A stretch of 57,935 nucleotides of DNA from a virus (taxonomy: Duplodnaviria; Caudoviricetes). Made by a program: the position numbers and the translations under genes. The notes under the pieces were generated by a model. The model was not told the DNA's origin. It was given only the letters and a program-made list of their open reading frames with translations, and searched no databases. This document shows, piece by piece, positions 53,175 through 57,935 of this stretch (positions are counted from its first letter, which is position 1; each line of letters opens with the position of its first letter). The stretch lies in IMG/VR virus record IMGVR_UViG_3300049038_000008, positions 1-57,935 of that record. One strand, 5' to 3'.

Positions 53175-53533
53175 TCTCCTTCCCTGGCAACCGGAGCCGC
53201 TGGCAAGGGGAGCCAATGGGTAGGGTCATAGGTCCATCGCCCAGGCCAGGAAACAAAATAACCAGCCTTGCAAAAGCAGCCCACAACAATATGGTGCTTT
53301 TTAGCGAAAGGGACTAACGCCAAGAAGTCGCTGCCGTCCCGTGGTGCCGACTCTATATCCATCCAATCCGTCGCTTGCAATGCCTCCACAATCACCCCTG
53401 CATTCTCCAAAATAACCCGAATACTTTTTCTAAACTCCAGGTTGCTCCACACCTCGGCATTCACCTTTTCGAGTTCTGCCAATTGGGTGGCGGCGGCGGT
53501 GAGGGTTGAAACCAAGTTGGTTTGATTGCTCAT
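53171..53533 (-). CDS. DUF551-domain protein
   Basis: WMDIESAPRDGS...PTHWLPLPAAP. Confidence 0.8.
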   Translation of the reverse strand: MSNQTNLVSTLTAAATQLAELEKVNAEVWSNLEFRKSIRVILENAGVIVEALQATDWMDIESAPRDGSDFLALVPFAKKHHIVVGCFCKAGYFVSWPGRWTYDPTHWLPLPAAPVAREGE

Positions 53534-53817
53534 CAGTCCTCCAAAACTTCAATCGTTAAATTGCCTTCACGATCAACCAGCCCGAAACAAGCCTTGCCAG
53601 TCATACGTGACGTTTGCTCAAGGGCTTTTCTGTGTTGGTCATACTCGGCTTGTCTCTGTTCCTTGACTCGCTGATTATGCGCGTCTGCCCACTCGGAAAC
53701 TGCCTCATAAACTTCTCGCATCCGTTCATTAGGAACCCCACAGTCAGAGCAAGCCATCGTGCCGATATCCCAAGTGTGCATTCCGAGCCAACACCAAAAA
53801 GGCTTACGCTTTTTCAT
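53533..53817 (-). CDS. Hypothetical protein
   Basis: CWLGMHTW...CSDCG; GAGGTG RBS. Confidence 0.65.
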   Translation of the reverse strand: MKKRKPFWCWLGMHTWDIGTMACSDCGVPNERMREVYEAVSEWADAHNQRVKEQRQAEYDQHRKALEQTSRMTGKACFGLVDREGNLTIEVLED

Positions 53818-54250
53818 CCTTCACCTCACTTTCTTTCAGGGCAGCACGGGCAAGGGTCATCTCGTGAATAGCATAAGACAGCCGCGACGATAAACAGCCT
53901 GTCTCGCAAGCCTGCCAGATTGCCCTATCCCTACCGCAAGTCTTACAAACACCTTGCTTCACTCCATCCAGTTGACGGAAGCATTCGTGTAGTAATCCTA
54001 AAGCTTTTTTGCTTGCTTCCCTCATCCGTTGTTGCTCTCGCAAGGCCGAGAGGATGGAAGGGAAAGGCAGATTCAGCACATCGGTTAAAATGCTTGCCCA
54101 CTTCAAATTCGTGGTGGCAATGAATTCATCACCTAACTCAACCGTGTAAACATTCGGCGCAATGTCGAGTTTTCTTGCCGTCACCCTTGATTTACGTTTA
54201 CCTTGCCGGTCAGCAATGCGGGTAAGAAGTTCAATCAATTGGTTGTCCAT
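53804..54250 (-). CDS. Hypothetical protein
   Basis: ORF track; AGGTG RBS; CKTCG. Confidence 0.65.
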   Translation of the reverse strand: MDNQLIELLTRIADRQGKRKSRVTARKLDIAPNVYTVELGDEFIATTNLKWASILTDVLNLPFPSILSALREQQRMREASKKALGLLHECFRQLDGVKQGVCKTCGRDRAIWQACETGCLSSRLSYAIHEMTLARAALKESEVKDEKA

Positions 54251-54461
54251 GTATCACCTTGTTATATGTCTTTTTAATCTCGTTGGCATCAGCAACCGAC
54301 TGGTCGGAACCCAATGCCTGCCAGCACAACTCGCGCAACTCCGTATATTTCTTTTCGAGCCTTTCCGTGTGGGCACCGAAAAACAATTCATCTCTGAAAA
54401 ATTCCATACAGAGCGTGAGAGCGTATTTTCGTTTAATGTTTTGACGTTTAACTTTGTTCAT
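54231..54461 (-). CDS. Hypothetical protein
   Basis: Start MNKVKRQ after GGAGG. Confidence 0.55.
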   Translation of the reverse strand: MNKVKRQNIKRKYALTLCMEFFRDELFFGAHTERLEKKYTELRELCWQALGSDQSVADANEIKKTYNKVIHGQPID

Positions 54462-54647
54462 CTCGCCTCCTAATCTCTTCTTCCAACTCCGCAATTCGTT
54501 CCCTCATTCCCTTCTCAATCCGCCGCCTCTCAGCCTCATACCAGCGGATGTAGATGCTTTGGGTTAACCGCATACCGCCGCCATCTAGCAACTCGACGCC
54601 GAGGATTTGCAGAGCGCCACGTAAACGCTCACAGGATGGGCAGTCGG

Positions 54648-54824
54648 TCACGGTTGCACCTCGTCTTTTGGCGTGTAGGCAAAATGCAACGGCAACATCG
54701 GCAGCAAACAAATCCAGCAATGCCCCTTTTGCCAGTAAGCACCAATCCACAGGTCTTGCGGTTTGAACTCCAGAGCCACAGAAAAGCGAGGCGTGACGAT
54801 TACTTTTAAGATGTTTCGGGTCAT
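54648..54824 (-). CDS. Small hydrophobic conserved phage protein, 58 aa
   Basis: Manual translation ...EFKPQDLWIGAYW...WICLLPMLPL; GAGG RBS. Confidence 0.55.
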   Translation of the reverse strand: MTRNILKVIVTPRFSVALEFKPQDLWIGAYWQKGHCWICLLPMLPLHFAYTPKDEVQP

Positions 54825-55039
54825 ACTCGCCTCAACTCCCTTGACTCGATAATATCTCTCGCCTCCACGACCCGTCTGTAATGTGTCAAATTCAAATGCT
54901 TATCTGTAATCGCCGCATCACCTTCTGGTAAGTCGGCTTTGTCATAGGTGATGGTGAGAGGAGAGTAGTCAAAATCATCAGGGCTAAAGCCTGTGGGTAA
55001 CATTTTTCGCTTTGTAAACACCCGGCGTGCGCTCGTCAT
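54821..55039 (-). CDS. Hypothetical protein
   Basis: ORF track; GGAG RBS; coupled at both ends. Confidence 0.6.
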   Translation of the reverse strand: MTSARRVFTKRKMLPTGFSPDDFDYSPLTITYDKADLPEGDAAITDKHLNLTHYRRVVEARDIIESRELRRV

Positions 55040-55353
55040 AATGATTTCTCTCCATTCAGATATTCAAGAAGTATGTCGGCGTGACATCGGCGCGTTAGTG
55101 GGCACCAGCACGCAACGTTGTAGCCGCGCAAAGGCGCAAGGAAATCTCGATCTTCAACTAATTTCACCTTCAAATGAAGCTCGAACATTTTCAACGATTC
55201 ACTAGGGCTTACTTGCGCTGTGAACGGGAAAGGATTGCCATACTGCGTGGGTCTGCCGACATACCGAACAGGCAACCCATTAGGTGATGCCGCCTGCAAA
55301 TCGAATCCTTTTGTACGCTTGCGCTGGATGCGAACGGGTTTGATTCTGCTCAT
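55036..55353 (-). CDS. DUF4326-family protein
   Basis: RIQRKRTKG...YVGRPT.YGNPF...LRGYNVACWCP...CHADIL. Confidence 0.88.
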   Translation of the reverse strand: MSRIKPVRIQRKRTKGFDLQAASPNGLPVRYVGRPTQYGNPFPFTAQVSPSESLKMFELHLKVKLVEDRDFLAPLRGYNVACWCPLTRRCHADILLEYLNGEKSL

Positions 55354-55354
55354 C

Positions 55355-55678
55355 CTACGCCACCTCCCTCAACTCATCCTCATCCCGTGGGGAAGGCCCG
55401 AACACCACCCCCACAGTCTCATCAAACAGCCACCCATAGCCAAGACAGGAATCGTCCTCGCAAGGTCTATCGTGTCGGCAGGATTCGCAAACATAGGCCG
55501 TTTCATCCATCGATTGACGGGCGGCTGCTCTTAATTCCTCATCTCTGATGTTGTAGCCAGCCCAGATTCCGGCCTCATAAATTGCTTCAATAATCTCATC
55601 TTGTTCTAGCCCTGTGGTGTCGATGCCGAGCAAAGAAATCAGGTCAGCATTTAGGGGGGATAGAAATTGAGGTTTCAT
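55355..55678 (-). CDS. Hypothetical protein
   Basis: ORF track; GGAGG RBS. Confidence 0.6.
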   Translation of the reverse strand: MKPQFLSPLNADLISLLGIDTTGLEQDEIIEAIYEAGIWAGYNIRDEELRAAARQSMDETAYVCESCRHDRPCEDDSCLGYGWLFDETVGVVFGPSPRDEDELREVA

Positions 55679-55848
55679 CAGTACACCTCCAACCCATCAA
55701 GAAACGCTTGCGCTTCTGCCTGTGTGTCGAATGGTGCCGACACAAAATCATAGCCGCTGGTTTTGATCGCTGTTTCAACAGGTCGGTCATCAGCGAAAAG
55801 TTCTAGTTTCTTGCGATACCAATCAAAACCTACATAGTATTTGTCCAT
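55678..55848 (-). CDS. Small hypothetical protein, 56 aa
   Basis: Manual translation MDKYYVGFDW...PFDTQAEAQAFLDG; AGGAG RBS. Confidence 0.55.
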   Translation of the reverse strand: MDKYYVGFDWYRKKLELFADDRPVETAIKTSGYDFVSAPFDTQAEAQAFLDGLEVY

Positions 55849-55913
55849 AGTCTTCTCCTTATAGTGAATCTAAATACTTGATAAACACATCCGCCGATTC
55901 AATCGACAAATCT

Positions 55914-56471
55914 TCACTTGACATGCGACCACGTTCTACCAGTTACGGCATCCATCACGGTTGCCCAGTTAAAACCCACCATTGCGCCAAGTTTCCTATA
56001 TGAGATTCCAGATTTTTTCTGTTCCCGGCAATACCTAACCAATTCATCAGTAAGCTTAGCGTTCTTATGGGCTTCACCTTGCACTATTGACTGCCTATTC
56101 CTCTGGACCATATCTCGCGCGTTGTCTTTAGCCGTGCCAGCATAAAGATGTGACGGCCTGACGCACTGCATATTGTCGCAATGATGCAAAATCATTAGGC
56201 CATCAGGTATCGAGCCGTACTCGAATTCGTAAGACACTCTATGAGCACACAGTAGTTTTTTATTCAGGCTGATTCTTCCGTATGGTTGATTTTTTCTAGA
56301 CCTGGCTCCTAGCCATAGCCAGCAAGAATCAACATCATCTATTCGTTGAACGTTCGACCAGTACCGTTTTTCAAAAGAACCCCACTTGCCGCGTTGTGCG
56401 CATCGTATAGAACAAAACCGTCCATAGTTACGGTAAAATTCTTTGCCACAGTGTTCGCATATTATCCTCAT
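55914..56471 (-). CDS. HNH homing endonuclease
   Basis: CWLWLG...YG...AHRVSY...ILHHCDN..CVRPSHL..GT..DN; C-terminal NAKLT HTH; N-terminal CxxC..FCS..C. Confidence 0.92.
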   Translation of the reverse strand: MRIICEHCGKEFYRNYGRFCSIRCAQRGKWGSFEKRYWSNVQRIDDVDSCWLWLGARSRKNQPYGRISLNKKLLCAHRVSYEFEYGSIPDGLMILHHCDNMQCVRPSHLYAGTAKDNARDMVQRNRQSIVQGEAHKNAKLTDELVRYCREQKKSGISYRKLGAMVGFNWATVMDAVTGRTWSHVK

Positions 56472-56872
56472 CGAAAATCTCCATTTTTTAAGTAATCAAT
56501 TAACCGACTCGCGGCCTGTTTAGATAATGATTCCAATTCACACCCCATAACCCTTTCGCACTCATCCCACGGACACACCCGCTTGGCATTTGCCAGCGTC
56601 CTGATTTCGCCCAATTGATATGGCGTGCGAAGAGATTCAAAGTCCATCGCAATGTTGGGGTTGGTGGTTGGCGCTGTGGTGCTCATCCGCCTTCCCCCTT
56701 CCCAAAAAAGTGATTCAAAAATCCTCACGTAATTCTCTTCTACCCTCGTATCAAACCTATTCGACCCCGGCGACGGGCAAGGGTAGTCAGGGTCAATGTA
56801 GGAAGAAAAAGTCCCACAGTCCTTGCACCAGTCGGGGCCGTCATCATTGAATTGGAGTTGGTGGAGGGTCAT
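56468..56872 (-). CDS. Hypothetical protein (possibly two fused small genes)
   Basis: Start MTLHQL after GGAGG; C-terminal TPYQ...LSKQAASRLIDYL motif; internal RBS-like sequence before MSTT. Confidence 0.55.
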   Translation of the reverse strand: MTLHQLQFNDDGPDWCKDCGTFSSYIDPDYPCPSPGSNRFDTRVEENYVRIFESLFWEGGRRMSTTAPTTNPNIAMDFESLRTPYQLGEIRTLANAKRVCPWDECERVMGCELESLSKQAASRLIDYLKNGDFR

Positions 56873-57279
56873 GCTGGCACCTCCAAAGGCAACAGAGCCT
56901 TCATACCTTCTTGAGCAGCTAAAGCAGCAAGGCAAATAGCAATTGCCGCTGTCTCGCCATAGGCTGACCATTGAGTAAATCGAGCCTCCCACATATGCGA
57001 CTGTGGGCTTGAGAACGTGCCGTGGGGCGCTTCTAAGTTGAAAAAGTGCCCCATACGACTGTCAGGCTCACACATCTTGTCAACAATCTCAAAGGCCGAT
57101 TGAATGTCTGTACTGTAGGGAAAAGTGACGTGAGGCTGGCAGCAGTTGTAACAGATGCCGTTTGCTGAACCGTAACCGTGAACACTCCAGCCGTACTTGT
57201 CTTTTTCACACAGGCAAATCGTGCCGGTAATTTCGGTTGCGATTCGCAGGTCTAAGGCTCTCAGTTCTTCGTTTGTCAT
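56869..57279 (-). CDS. Phage ABA-sandwich-domain-like protein (second copy)
   Basis: LDLRIATEI...PYSTDIQSAFEIVDKM...ETAAIAICLAAL. Confidence 0.75.
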   Translation of the reverse strand: MTNEELRALDLRIATEITGTICLCEKDKYGWSVHGYGSANGICYNCCQPHVTFPYSTDIQSAFEIVDKMCEPDSRMGHFFNLEAPHGTFSSPQSHMWEARFTQWSAYGETAAIAICLAALAAQEGMKALLPLEVPA

Positions 57280-57438
57280 TTCTTCCGTCTCCTAATCGGC
57301 TTTCTTGCACCGCATATTGCGCAGCGTGGAATATTCTTATCGCAATGAGCTATTGGGCATTTCCACGGTTTGACCCAGAAATGATTATGCTTTTTCATCT
57401 TTCCCTCTTTCGTCGCCGCGAGGCCAAAGCGTTAGCTT

Positions 57439-57777
57439 TTACACGTAACACTCGCCTTCACATTTCTCACAAATTACAGGCTTGACCATTCCCATCGTGA
57501 CGGCGATATTTGCAGGCGGTTCCAATTCTTCCCAATATTTCCACGGGGATTTCTCGTCATCGTCGGCAAGAAGACCGCAGCCGTCACAACGCTGACACTT
57601 GATGCCCTCCACCTGTTGCTTGCAATCGTGCTGGCCTTTTGCCACCGGCACCAATTGAAGGTGCGTTTGTAGCGCGTCAGTAATCCACTTGAGTTTCATT
57701 GCGTGAGCCGAGCAGACAAATGATTCATCTTTACCCGGCCACGTATATCTGAATGCTGCTTTGTTTTCACAATTCAT
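57439..57777 (-). CDS. Cys-rich hypothetical protein (DnaJ-like CxxCxGxG motifs)
   Basis: CQRCDGCG and CEKCEGE; probable start MNCENK. Confidence 0.6.
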   Translation of the reverse strand: MNCENKAAFRYTWPGKDESFVCSAHAMKLKWITDALQTHLQLVPVAKGQHDCKQQVEGIKCQRCDGCGLLADDDEKSPWKYWEELEPPANIAVTMGMVKPVICEKCEGECYV

Positions 57778-57827
57778 AGTGTTCTCTCTTTCCCGTCGCC
57801 GCTCACGCTTTGCCACGGGGAAGCGAT

Positions 57828-57935
57828 TTATAATTTCACCTTGCCGCTTGCGATGGCGCGTAGGTATTTGGCGGCGGTGGCTTGGGGGGCGGAATTGAAA
57901 TCAAATGCATATGGCGATTGCCAAGAAAAATACGG
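57828..57935 (-). CDS. C-terminal part of the junction-spanning protein that starts at 443
   Basis: With the 8-nt overlap merged, the frame continues PYFSWQ...TAAKYLRAIASGKVKL to TAA at 57830-57828. Confidence 0.7.
   Translation of the reverse strand, partial: PYFSWQSPYAFDFNSAPQATAAKYLRAIASGKVKL

Larger units (their letters stand above)
1..57935. mobile_element. Temperate tailed phage genome (siphovirus-like), apparently complete and in excised/circular form
   Basis: Integration, immunity, replication, packaging, head, tail and lysis modules all present; intact attP-like site; 8-nt terminal overlap AAATACGG; no host housekeeping genes seen. Confidence 0.93.

Noticed and set aside
57801-57813. 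12-nt identity (GCAAAGCGTGAG) between RNA module 6353 and the minus strand here, as an antisense target
   Set aside because: Short match within a closing stem; plausible by chance given the many comparisons made
1-57935. Host assignment (protein style loosely suggests Acidobacteriota or Chloroflexota)
   Set aside because: Impression only; needs attB, CRISPR spacer or protein-similarity evidence

Overview
The window looks like an essentially complete, circular temperate phage genome of about 57.9 kb, probably a siphovirus (long tape measure, no sheath gene). The last 8 nt repeat the first 8 nt, and a minus-strand ORF reads in frame across that junction. Gene order: leftward early operon of small Cys-rich genes (wraps the junction) | attP | tyrosine integrase, ImmA-type protease, repressor | Cro, DNA methyltransferase, Rnl2-type RNA ligase, replication genes (iteron-bearing initiator, NDT-like/DUF559 fusion, primase-helicase), Rnl1-type RNA ligase | terminase, portal, capsid, connector genes interrupted by fibre genes, tail tube, frameshifted chaperone, tape measure, tailspike | long lysis region with an orphan response regulator, a secreted PDZ-like protein, a membrane-anchored GH19 endolysin and a spanin-like pair. 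The most unusual signal is non-coding. Three tandem arrays of roughly 45-130 nt RNA modules (6340-7121 +, 44571-44829 +, 48660-49071 -) have each module closed by a terminal stem, and each array starts at a boxA-like motif. The modules include a tRNA mimic with no anticodon arm, an isolated Thr(UGU) anticodon stem-loop and a T-arm-only mimic, in a genome with two RNA ligases but no recognisable PNK and no canonical tRNA. A P1-C4/P4-CI-like RNA switch lies upstream of the third array. All protein calls come from motif recognition by eye and all RNA folds from manual base pairing; no searches or folding programs were run.
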